Notes under the pieces: generated by a model
Databases searched by the model: none
What the model was told of the DNA's origin: nothing
The model's input: the letters and a program-made list of their open reading frames with translations, nothing else
Shown: positions 55,185 through 63,988 of the stretch, piece after piece
Position numbering within the stretch: the stretch's first letter is position 1
How the letters are laid out: every line of letters begins with the position of its first letter
Assembly: GCA_965140405.1 (NCBI GenBank)
Contig: OZ223208.1
Location: forward strand, 2,784,081-2,848,080
Direction of reading: 5' to 3'
DNA from: Planctomycetota bacterium
GTDB taxonomy: Bacteria; Planctomycetota; SZUA-567
DNA length: 64,000 nt
Made by a program: the position numbers and the translations under genes

Positions 55185-56986
55185 TATCCTTCTCCGTTAG
55201 TGTTTGAAATAACCCAGTTCTGTGCTGTTGAGTATGAATTCCACATTCTTGCGTAATTTTGATTTTGTGCGAGCAATTCTTCGTGGGTGCCATTTTCTTG
55301 TATTGATTTATTATTGATGTATAAAATCTGGTCTGAGTTTACAACTGTATTGAGGCGGTGTGCTATTACAATTATGGTCTTTCCTCGTATCAGGTGAGAA
55401 AATGATTCAAGTATTTTGCTCTCATTCTCAGGATCAGCATAGGCTGTTGCTTCGTCGAGAAGAACGATTGGTGCGTCCTTTAGGATTGCTCTGGCAAGAG
55501 AAATTCTTTGTTGCTCGCCTCCAGATAGATACGTTCCGCCTTCACCGACAAGAGTCTTGTAGCCATTTGGCAGTTTTGAAATAAACTCGTGGCATTGTGC
55601 GGCTTTCGCAGCGTTAGTAACTTCTTCGAAACTTGCTGCAGTATTACCCATGCGAATATTCTCTTCAATTGTATCGAAGAAGAGCATGCTGTCCTGGAAT
55701 ACAAACGAAATAATGTTCATTAATTGTTCGATAGGTATCATTTTTACCGGTACCCCGCCAATTTTGATCTCTCCTGTTGCTACATCCCAAAACCTGGCTA
55801 TAAGCATTGCAAGGGTACTCTTACCACCGCCGGACGGACCGACCAGTGCGGTTATTGTGCCTTCATGTGCGATAAAATTAATGTCCTCAAGTACGGTATC
55901 ATCTGAATATGCAAATGAAACTTTATCAAACTCAACTGAGTATCCTTTGAGTGTAGCCTGCTTGGTATGCTGGGGGAGTTCATATTCCTGAAGTATACTA
56001 TCAATTTGATTTACCCCTACTGTTACCTGCGAAATTACTCCGCCTATCCAGATAAGTTTGAGCATTGGGAAGAACATACTTCCGCTAAATAAGATAAACA
56101 TTAGAACTGTTGGAATGTAATCAGGGTATGAGTCTGCTTTGAGTAGAAAGTAGGTCGCTGGAGGAACAATAAGAAGGGTTGTTGCTGCTAATATAAGGTT
56201 GAAGCCGATGTAAGGGGTAGACCATTGTTGAGTGATTTTAAATGCATAATTTTGAAAATCATTAATATTGTTATTTAGCCTTTCAAAAGCCTTTGTGCTC
56301 TTTGTGAATATTTTAACAACTTGAATGCCTTTGACAAATTCAACAATGCTTCCGTTCATTCGTCCCATTATCTTTACGTATTCATCAGCAACTGTTTTCA
56401 TTCTAGAGTTATTCATCTGGGCTATTATCAGCAGAGCAGCGATAAATATGCACATCGCTACCAGTGCTAGTCTCCAGTCAATAATAAACATATAAATGAT
56501 AAGCATTGCCGGAAAAAGCAATGATGAGACAATATCTGGTATATGGTGAGCTATGAATAGTTCTATTCTTTCAACATCATCGCTCATTACTTTTTTTATG
56601 CTTCCAGATGTTTTGTCTGAAAAGAACCCTAGAGGAAGTTTAGCAAGTTTATTACTGAGTTTTACTCTGAACTCGTACAAAATGTCAAAAGCTGCGATAT
56701 GTGACAGCATTAATGATGCAAATAAAAAAATACAGTATACTACAAATGAACCGAGTGTGATATAGCACCAATACCAGATATAATCATTATTTATCATTTC
56801 TGGTTTAGTTGCATTCAATGCGAGTTCTTTGAGGATTTTATAAATAGCGATATATGGGATGAATTGTGCTGCCGTACTTACTACTGAAATAAGTGCTGAG
56901 AAGATAAGCCAGATTTTCTTTTTACCGGCGATCTCCAGTAATCTTGGGATCCCTTGTTTTGTTTTCATTGTTTTCTCCTGATTCAT
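55184..56986 (-). CDS. ABC exporter, fused TMD-NBD half-transporter, partner A
   Basis: 600 aa; GPSGGGKST, LSGGEQQRISLARA, VLLDEATAYAD. Confidence 0.9.
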   Translation of the reverse strand: MNQEKTMKTKQGIPRLLEIAGKKKIWLIFSALISVVSTAAQFIPYIAIYKILKELALNATKPEMINNDYIWYWCYITLGSFVVYCIFLFASLMLSHIAAFDILYEFRVKLSNKLAKLPLGFFSDKTSGSIKKVMSDDVERIELFIAHHIPDIVSSLLFPAMLIIYMFIIDWRLALVAMCIFIAALLIIAQMNNSRMKTVADEYVKIMGRMNGSIVEFVKGIQVVKIFTKSTKAFERLNNNINDFQNYAFKITQQWSTPYIGFNLILAATTLLIVPPATYFLLKADSYPDYIPTVLMFILFSGSMFFPMLKLIWIGGVISQVTVGVNQIDSILQEYELPQHTKQATLKGYSVEFDKVSFAYSDDTVLEDINFIAHEGTITALVGPSGGGKSTLAMLIARFWDVATGEIKIGGVPVKMIPIEQLMNIISFVFQDSMLFFDTIEENIRMGNTAASFEEVTNAAKAAQCHEFISKLPNGYKTLVGEGGTYLSGGEQQRISLARAILKDAPIVLLDEATAYADPENESKILESFSHLIRGKTIIVIAHRLNTVVNSDQILYINNKSIQENGTHEELLAQNQNYARMWNSYSTAQNWVISNTNGEG

Positions 56987-57011
56987 TAAAATGAGTAGGT
57001 ATGTTAATAAC

Positions 57012-57022
57012 GAACAGTGTTC
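57012..57022. promoter_or_regulatory. GAAC-N3-GTTC palindrome between tetR stop and ABC exporter start (candidate TetR operator)
   Basis: GAACAGTGTTC read directly; same half-sites as 57683-57693. Confidence 0.35.
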
Positions 57023-57040
57023 AGAAAGTGTCTAAAAAAT

Positions 57041-57658
57041 TTATTTTTCTTGGTCAATAAGCTTTTGCCATCCAGCGATAATAAAGGTGAAGTAGTTGTC
57101 AAATATTTGTCTTAACTCTTCTCTACATATATTGTGATATACTATCTCGCCTATTGTGCCTAGTATCCAGGTGCTGACTGTATGCAGGAAAAAATCGGGG
57201 ATGTCTATATTGATTTTTGGGTATTTGTTTTTAAGCATTGTTAAATATTCTTTTCCTGTTTCTACATGACTGTTTGTGAAATTTTCTCGGAAGTTCTCGT
57301 ACTGTGACCCATAGGAGTGGAACAGGAGCAATTTGAGTTCTTCGCGGTATGAACAAATTAGATCATTATATAATTCTATATATTTTTCTTTGTAGTCGTT
57401 GGAAGCTAAGATGTCCAGATTAATAAATTCAGGTGAATTGTGATTCTTCGCAATTGAAGAAAATTTGTTAAGAAGTGGTTTTAGTACATCTTCAAGCAGT
57501 TCATCTTTGTTCTTATAGTAATTATAAATATTGCTGGTACTGATGCTAGATATGCTTGAAATATTGCGCATGGATGCTCCTTTGAATCCTTTTTTAAAGA
57601 ATTCGATTCTGGCTGCATCTAATATTGCTGATTTTATGTGTTCTTTTTTTATTTGCAT
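57041..57658 (-). CDS. TetR/AcrR-family transcriptional regulator
   Basis: 205 aa; N-terminal HTH ILDAARIEFFKKGFKGASMRNISSISSISTSNIYNYYKNKDELL. Confidence 0.88.
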   Translation of the reverse strand: MQIKKEHIKSAILDAARIEFFKKGFKGASMRNISSISSISTSNIYNYYKNKDELLEDVLKPLLNKFSSIAKNHNSPEFINLDILASNDYKEKYIELYNDLICSYREELKLLLFHSYGSQYENFRENFTNSHVETGKEYLTMLKNKYPKINIDIPDFFLHTVSTWILGTIGEIVYHNICREELRQIFDNYFTFIIAGWQKLIDQEK

Positions 57659-57682
57659 GTTTCTATTCTCATTCTTATTAAT

Positions 57683-57693
57683 GAACGCTGTTC
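57683..57693. promoter_or_regulatory. GAAC-N3-GTTC palindrome upstream of tetR (candidate autoregulatory operator)
   Basis: GAACGCTGTTC read directly, 25 bp upstream of tetR ATG. Confidence 0.35.
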
Positions 57694-57888
57694 TTTATAC
57701 TTCGTTTGAGCTGGAAATTCAAGAATTATTTTAAATTAAAATTTCGGTTGAAGTCGCGGTGTGGCAGGCAGCTTCTAATGATTATAGTAAAATGATATAC
57801 TCAATCTTATTTGCAGGTATTTATGATCCTTATAGCATTACTGTTATTTAATACAATTGTGATAAATATTTGTGGTTGTGTTTGATTA

Positions 57889-58746
57889 CTATTCTTTTGT
57901 TGGGACTAATTTTTTGTATATTTTTTTTGTTATAATTACAAGTAAATAAAAGATACCGGCAAGTTCTATTACCGTTGCTCCTGTTGGTAGTTCTGGTTCA
58001 TAAGATATAATTATGCCGCTCCAAGTAATAAGCAGACAAAATACAAAAGATAATAACATCATCTTCCATAAGCGTGTTGATAATTTGGAAGCTGTTGCTG
58101 CGGGTAGAGTTAATAGTGCGATAACCATTACAAGTCCAACTACCTGAGTAAGTATTACTACTGTGAGAGAGGTCATTAAATTAAGTAGAGTGTGATATAC
58201 CCCAGTGTTAATGCCTCGTATTCTTGCTGTTTCTGGTTGGAAACTAGTAATAAGGAATTTATTGTAAAATAAAAATGTCAGGAGTAATATTACAATATCC
58301 AATATCGCAATGTACCATATATCAGCTTGGTTAATCATTAATATATTACCAAAGAGGTAGCTCATAAGGTCTTCGTAATAACCGGGTGTTGCTGTGATAA
58401 AAGATATGCCTGTGGCCATGCCTACTGCCCATATAGCACTCAATACCGTGTCTTCTCTCTCTTTACTGAAATGGGTAACAACTGATATAATTAACGCAGC
58501 CAGTATTGCTGCTGTGACGGCTCCAGTAAGAGGGCTTATCCAAGATATTCCATATACAACCTGTATGTACTTAGCAGCTCCCATTCCTCCAAGTACACAA
58601 TGAGCAATGGCACCAGCGACATAGGTTGTACGCCTGACAACTGTATAGCTACCGACGATACCACAGCAGATGCTTGTAAACAATGCGCTTATAGCTGCAT
58701 ACTGCAAAAACGTAAATTTAAAAAAATCTTCAAAAAATAGTTCCAT
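57889..58746 (-). CDS. znuB: Zinc/manganese ABC transporter permease
   Basis: 285 aa polytopic ABC-3 family permease; follows znuC with 1-nt overlap. Confidence 0.85.
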   Translation of the reverse strand: MELFFEDFFKFTFLQYAAISALFTSICCGIVGSYTVVRRTTYVAGAIAHCVLGGMGAAKYIQVVYGISWISPLTGAVTAAILAALIISVVTHFSKEREDTVLSAIWAVGMATGISFITATPGYYEDLMSYLFGNILMINQADIWYIAILDIVILLLTFLFYNKFLITSFQPETARIRGINTGVYHTLLNLMTSLTVVILTQVVGLVMVIALLTLPAATASKLSTRLWKMMLLSFVFCLLITWSGIIISYEPELPTGATVIELAGIFYLLVIITKKIYKKLVPTKE

Positions 58747-59585
58747 TATTTTTCTTTTCTAATGATTTCACTATTGTGAGGTGTATGTAACTTTTCATCT
58801 GGATCAAGGATAGGGCAAGGTGCTGAGTGTTTCAAAAGCATCATATCCTCATGGTAAGCTGAATGTAAGAGATCATGAGGCATTGTAGATGATTCGCTGA
58901 AAGACAGCACATGATTAACACAGGCAATATGTGAAGCATACTGTGTTACTACGTTTAGGTTGTGTGAGACTACTATAATTGTAATTCTCTCACGTAGCCT
59001 TCGTAGTAAATTATAAATTTTTCCTTCTACTACCGAATCAACATTTGCTGTTGGTTCATCAAGAAATAATATGTCGGGCTGAGATGTCAGAGCTTGAGCT
59101 ATCAGTACTCTTTGCTTCTCTCCACCTGAAAGTCGACTAAAGGAACGGTTTGCCAGTTTTGTAAGTTCTACATCTTCCAGTGCTTGGTGTGCTGCAGCTA
59201 CATCCTGCTTATTGTATCTCCCGCAAAAATGCCTTTCAGCACGTCCCATTAGTACAACATCAAATACATTTACTGGAAATTCAGGATCGTATTCCAGATA
59301 TTGCGGAACATATCCTGATCTTTTGATTTGCTCGCTTATTGGTTTACCAAAAAGCTCTATACTTCCTCGCAGTGGCTTTAGGATACCTAGCGCAAGTTTT
59401 AAAAGAGTGCTTTTTCCTCCGCCATTAGGGCCGACAATAGCAACCATATCCCGCTCTTTAACTTGCAGGTTAATATTGTGTAATACTTCCCGTTGATCAT
59501 AGGTAAAACAGACATCTTTGATGTTTAAAACTATTTGGGATGAATTCTCTTTTTCGGGATCTGTAGTATTATAATCATTAGTCAA
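58746..59585 (-). CDS. znuC: Zinc/manganese ABC transporter ATP-binding protein
   Basis: 279 aa; GPNGGGKST, LSGGEKQRVLIAQAL, LFLDEPTANVD; His/Cys-containing C-terminal extension. Confidence 0.88.
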   Translation of the reverse strand: MTNDYNTTDPEKENSSQIVLNIKDVCFTYDQREVLHNINLQVKERDMVAIVGPNGGGKSTLLKLALGILKPLRGSIELFGKPISEQIKRSGYVPQYLEYDPEFPVNVFDVVLMGRAERHFCGRYNKQDVAAAHQALEDVELTKLANRSFSRLSGGEKQRVLIAQALTSQPDILFLDEPTANVDSVVEGKIYNLLRRLRERITIIVVSHNLNVVTQYASHIACVNHVLSFSESSTMPHDLLHSAYHEDMMLLKHSAPCPILDPDEKLHTPHNSEIIRKEK

Positions 59586-59594
59586 ATTAGAGTC

Positions 59595-60527
59595 CTATTT
59601 CTGGTTCTTCAAGTCGGAGGCCATCTTTTGAGCAATACCTTTTAAGTTGTTGATATAATCCTTGCTTAGTGGATTCACAGGTACTACAGATCCCCCAATC
59701 GCTTTAGCTACACTAATAGCTGAGGCTTTGCTAAACTGTGGCTGTACAAATATTACTTGAATATTCTCTTTCTTCGCCGTTGATATAATATTAGCTAATT
59801 GTTTTGCCGTAGGAGTCTTACCTTCAATTTCTATTGCTTGCTGCTTTAGTCCATATTGGTCTGCAAAATATCCCCAAGCAGGGTGGAATACCATAAGAAT
59901 TTTACCTTGTAAAGGGAGTAATTTTTCTGTTATGAATTTATCAAGCTTATCAAGGTCAGCGCAAAAGTTCTTATAATTACTTTCGTAGATGCTTGCTCCC
60001 TCAGGGTCTATATCGCTTAAAGCATCGGCTATGGTTTTGGCTTGTATTTTTACATTCATCGGGTTAAGCCATGTGTGAGGGTCTTTAGCTTCATTATGAT
60101 GCTTCTTATTTGAGTCCTCTGTGCTATGTTCGTCCTCATGTAAAGCATGTTCATCCTCGTGATGATGCTTGGTCATTGTTCTTAGCTTTATGCCTTTACG
60201 AGTATCAATAATTTTTAAGTCTTCATTGAGATCACGTATTTTAGGTATAAATCCTTTCTCGAAAGGAACTCCAATTCTGAAGTATAGTTTTGCGCTTGTC
60301 ATTTTTGCTAGTGTTTGTGATGTAGGGTCGTATGTTGCAGGACTACTTCCTTGGGGCACCACAGTGGTTACGTTTACTCTGTCTCCGCCTATACGTTCGA
60401 CAAAATACTCTTGTGGTAGAATACTAACAATAATATCTTGTCTCTTCTCAGTAGCGTTTGAATTCAAAACAGGCAAGCACAGTAGTGTTAATACTGCCAA
60501 TGTAAGACGTTTGATTGATTTTTTCAT
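59595..60527 (-). CDS. znuA: Zinc-binding periplasmic protein ZnuA with His/Asp/Glu-rich loop
   Basis: ATG 60527 with GGAGA RBS (track start 60566); signal peptide; loop KHHHEDEHALHEDEHSTEDSNKKHHNEAKDPH typical of Zn-specific cluster A-I SBPs. Confidence 0.85.
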   Translation of the reverse strand: MKKSIKRLTLAVLTLLCLPVLNSNATEKRQDIIVSILPQEYFVERIGGDRVNVTTVVPQGSSPATYDPTSQTLAKMTSAKLYFRIGVPFEKGFIPKIRDLNEDLKIIDTRKGIKLRTMTKHHHEDEHALHEDEHSTEDSNKKHHNEAKDPHTWLNPMNVKIQAKTIADALSDIDPEGASIYESNYKNFCADLDKLDKFITEKLLPLQGKILMVFHPAWGYFADQYGLKQQAIEIEGKTPTAKQLANIISTAKKENIQVIFVQPQFSKASAISVAKAIGGSVVPVNPLSKDYINNLKGIAQKMASDLKNQK

Positions 60528-60565
60528 TTTTAATCTCCATATAATAATCTTTATATATAATAACA

Positions 60566-60587
60566 AAATTTTATTAAGTTACGATTT
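60566..60587. promoter_or_regulatory. Weak Zur-box-like sequence upstream of znuA
   Basis: AAATTTTATT-AA-GTTACGATTT compared from memory with AAATCGTAAT-N-ATTACGATTT: right half 9/10, left half 7/10. Confidence 0.2.
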
Positions 60588-60653
60588 GGTTAATGCAAAA
60601 TTAAATGAGAGAATATCTTTATCAATTTTTTCGTTATTCAACAGTACAGTTAC

Positions 60654-60691
60654 TAGAAATAGAAGTTAGTTGTCACTAACTTCTATTTCTA
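60654..60691. repeat. 38-bp hairpin/palindrome with 17-bp perfect arms
   Basis: TAGAAATAGAAGTTAGT-TGTC-ACTAACTTCTATTTCTA read directly; no T-tract on either side. Confidence 0.85.
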
Positions 60692-60778
60692 TACTATGGA
60701 ATTATCTGTTAGATGCAAGTGGCTTATTGTTACTAAAATATTTATTTATAAATAGTTGTTCTTTATGATTGCAAAATT

Positions 60779-61209
60779 ATGATGTATATTGCCCTTGTTC
60801 CATTATATAATGATTTGTCTGTGGGTATCCAGCCTAAGGAAATTAGAGATCCTGCTGGCTCAAGGCTTTCTTTGTTAACATCTCAGTTTTTAGATATTTA
60901 CAATATTACAGCATATAAAATTGATCCAAATAATGTAGTGACAACAACCATTTCTGAGGACTCTGTGATAATAATTGACTCTTCTGAGGCTACTCCTGAG
61001 TCATTGGATGGTGAGTTAGTTCTTATATTTGATTTTGAACAAAGAAAAATCGTATTAAGAAGAATTATGCAGACATCGCAAGGTTGGTGCAGACATCGCA
61101 AGGTTGGTGCGGAGTTCCAGATAATAATAGAAAAGGGCATTTTGTAGTTTTTATTGGGGAGGGCTGTAAGATTCTTGGAAAGGTTTACTCAGTGCAAACG
61201 TTTCTTTAA
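60779..61209 (+). pseudogene. UmuD/LexA-C-terminal (S24)-like ORF disrupted by a 20-bp tandem duplication
   Basis: Track ORF 60779-61147; removing one copy of the duplication restores ...GWCGVPDNNRKGHFVVFIGEGCKILGKVYSVQTFL* (stop 61207-61209), an S24-type C-terminal beta-strand pattern. No RBS at 60779; catalytic residues look degenerate. Confidence 0.4.
61071..61110 (+). repeat. Perfect 20-bp tandem duplication AGACATCGCAAGGTTGGTGC x2
   Basis: 61071-61090 = 61091-61110, read directly; length not a multiple of 3. Confidence 0.95.
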
Positions 61210-61394
61210 GGTTTTATTATTTTAAGCTACCTTGGATTCAAATTCTAAGTGCAACACTTGAGTTAAATGAAATAGTATTAAAAGATATCTAATTTATCAA
61301 AAGCATATTATTTCAAAAATACACTAACTTGAAGGTGTTACTTTTTTAGTGTCGACGAAATAATTAGTGTTTTCTTGGGGGTAAGTAGACACCC

Positions 61395-62079
61395 TTAGAG
61401 AAAATCTTCGCTACCGTCTAAGTCGTTAATTACTTCAGTCGTTCTCCTATTTCTATTATTTGGGCTAAATGTAACGAATTCAACATTCTGTTGTTTAAGT
61501 TTCTTTAGGAAAGTATCCTTTAATACTACTTCAGGTAGCACCTCATATATAAATAACCAATATTTATCTCTCTCAAGATATTCCATATCATTGATAGTAG
61601 CTGCATTGTTATATAATTGAGAAATTAATGACTCTCGATTGTCATTTTGATAGTTTAACTTTAGATATTTATATAATAATAAAAGGGATATGCAATCATC
61701 AATTTCTATAAGATTGTCAACAATGGTATTTGATATTTCAAGGTCAAAGTCATATTTAATTGAATAATATATAGAGTATGCAAGTGCATCTGTTGCTTTA
61801 CGGTGTATTGCATTATTAAACAAGGGGGTAATTACTAATGCAATTTCATTTGAGTTTGAATCAGTTAGCATATATTTCTCAATGAATGGTATTAGGTAGG
61901 GTCTTACTGTTGCCAACGGTAAAAGGTATTTACAAAAGTTACTACGTGTCTCAATGCTCATATTGTAAGTATGAATCATTTTAATTGCGTAGCTCACTGT
62001 ACAATAGTTTTCACTATCAGTTAATGATATTGCAAACCTTATAAAGGATTTGAGTGATTCGAATGAGATTTCAGATGCA
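61395..62079 (-). pseudogene. N-terminally truncated gene of unknown function (helical, N/Y/I/L-rich), cut by IS256-family element
   Basis: Track ORF 61395-61997 (GTG); frame stays open upstream to the IS boundary at 62079/62080 (…ASEISFESLKSFIRFAISLTDSENYCTVSYAIKM…) with no start/RBS. Confidence 0.5.
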
Positions 62080-62111
62080 GTAAAATAATTTGTGTAAGCT
62101 TCTAATTGTAA

Positions 62112-62147
62112 TCTTTAGAGGATAAGGATATCCTTATCCTCTAAAGA
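62112..62147. repeat. 36-bp perfect palindrome in IS leader
   Basis: TCTTTAGAGGATAAGGA-TA-TCCTTATCCTCTAAAGA between left IR and transposase RBS. Confidence 0.9.
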
Positions 62148-62173
62148 GCTCCGAACTGAAAGGAACTTGCACT

Positions 62174-63388
62174 ATGAATGACGAAAAACTCCTCTCCGAT
62201 GATCAGGTGAAAAATATTCTTAAATCCACGAAGAATATCTCTGATCTGAACCAACTCTTTACTCAACTTAAAAAACAGATCATTGAATCGATGTATGATG
62301 AAGAACTCAAAGATCATTTAGGTTTTGAGAAAAATCAGAAAGCTTCCAGTAGAAGAAATAATCACCGTAACGGTTCATACAAAAAAACAGTTGAGTCTGA
62401 ACACGGCGCAATTGAACTTGACATCTCAAGAGATAGAAACAGTGAATTTGAGCCTGTTGTCGTACCCAAAGGGTCTAAGGATATCTTTGAAATTGAGCAG
62501 AAAATTCTCAACCTCTATGGTCTGGGAATGAGTACCAGAGATATCACACGTCATATCGAGGAAATTTACGGGGTACAGATGAGCGCAACCGGTATTTCCA
62601 ACATTACCAATCGTATTCTTGAAGAAGTAAGACTCTGGCAAAAACGACCTCTTAACGACACCTACGCTGTGATGTTTCTGGATGGCATGGTCTTCAAAGT
62701 CAGAGAGAATAATTCTGTTTCGAGGAAGACTGTATACGCTCTTATCGGAATTAATATGGAAGGGATTAAAAAGGTTGTAGGTATTTATGTCTCTGAAAAC
62801 GAAAGCTCCAAATACTGGTTTACCGTGCTGAGCGACATCAAAGAGCGAGGAGTTCAAAAGATACTTATTTTTTGCACTGATAATCTTAATGGTCTGGATA
62901 AAGCTATCAGCGCAGCTTATCCTCAAAGTGATCATCAGAAATGTATTGTCCATCAGATCCGCAGTTCTATAAAGCATGTCAGCTACAAAGATATGAAAGC
63001 TGTATGTGCCGATCTGAAAGTAATCTACACTGCCAAAGATGAAGAGACAGGTAGGGCTGAGCTTGAGAATTTTATAATGCATTGGGATAACAAGTATGAA
63101 TATATCAGCAAATCCTGGCTAAAGAACTGGACTGAACTTTCAACATTTTGGCAGTATCCTCCAGAGATTCGCCATCTTATTTATACAACAAATCCGATTG
63201 AAAGTTTCAATCGGACTGTTCGTAAATTCACTAAAACAAAGGGGATTTTCCCACATGAAGAGAGTCTGTTAAAATCAATTTTTCTTGGTGTACAGAATAT
63301 CGAGAAGAAATGGACTTGCAAAACCCGTAACTGGGGTGTAATATACTCACAACTTTTAATTATCAAAGAAGACTACCTTGAATCGTAA
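62174..63388 (+). CDS. tnp: IS256-family (Mutator-type) transposase
   Basis: 404 aa; AAAGGA RBS; FLDGMVFKV, CTDNLNGL, CIVHQIR, IYTTNPIESFNRTVRK signature. Confidence 0.95.
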   Translation: MNDEKLLSDDQVKNILKSTKNISDLNQLFTQLKKQIIESMYDEELKDHLGFEKNQKASSRRNNHRNGSYKKTVESEHGAIELDISRDRNSEFEPVVVPKGSKDIFEIEQKILNLYGLGMSTRDITRHIEEIYGVQMSATGISNITNRILEEVRLWQKRPLNDTYAVMFLDGMVFKVRENNSVSRKTVYALIGINMEGIKKVVGIYVSENESSKYWFTVLSDIKERGVQKILIFCTDNLNGLDKAISAAYPQSDHQKCIVHQIRSSIKHVSYKDMKAVCADLKVIYTAKDEETGRAELENFIMHWDNKYEYISKSWLKNWTELSTFWQYPPEIRHLIYTTNPIESFNRTVRKFTKTKGIFPHEESLLKSIFLGVQNIEKKWTCKTRNWGVIYSQLLIIKEDYLES

Positions 63389-63415
63389 TATCTGTACTTA
63401 CACAAATTATTTTAC

Positions 63416-63988
63416 AGACTCCCATTCAGTAAAACTAACAAATTTAGAACAATTTTTTCTGAGCCTATTAATCACTTTGAAGAAACGAATAACATAATTC
63501 CAAAAGCAGTAATGAAAATCTCGCCACTTCAGTATCAATCATTTTCTACCAGAACCCTTTCACTATTATGCATTTTCTATGACATGCTAATGGATATTTG
63601 TGATAACTATCAGGAAATATGCGAAAAAATATTTGCCAAGAAGAATAATAATGCTCATAATATAAAAAAAAGAACAAATGATGATTTTGGAGAATACATC
63701 GTTCAAATACTTAAATACATATTCAAAGAAACTGAAAATAAAACTTTTGGAACTAATTATAGTAGCTCAGGTTTTGATAAATTAGTAGAAACGATTAAAT
63801 CACTACCAAACGAATATTATAATAATAACCGTATCGAAGCACCAATATCTAACCTTGAGAACAATGATTTATTTACTATTCTTGATTTATATGATAAATA
63901 CCAATACAACGAAGAACAAGGAAATATCTGCTTTTCATCTTTACAAATTAACTTTTTTCCTTTAAGTTCTGGAGAAAAACATATCTAA
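63416..63988 (+). pseudogene. 5'-truncated ORF fragment abutting the IS; ends in an ABC/SMC-signature-like FPLSSGEKHI then stop (possible ATPase remnant)
   Basis: Frame of track ORF 63512-63988 is open back to the IS end at 63416 with no start; stop TAA follows directly after SSGEKHI where ATPases normally continue. Confidence 0.35.

Larger units (their letters stand above)
62080..63415 (+). mobile_element. IS256-family insertion sequence (1336 bp) with 19-bp perfect terminal inverted repeats, no target-site duplication
   Basis: GTAAAATAATTTGTGTAAG at 62080-62098 and its reverse complement at 63397-63415; flanks CAGATGCA vs AGACTCCC differ. Confidence 0.9.

Noticed and set aside
60779-61147. 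Treating the S24-like ORF as an active LexA/CI-type repressor of the island
   Set aside because: No N-terminal HTH domain and no RBS are present. The catalytic Ser/Lys positions look degenerate and the reading frame is broken by the 20-bp duplication.
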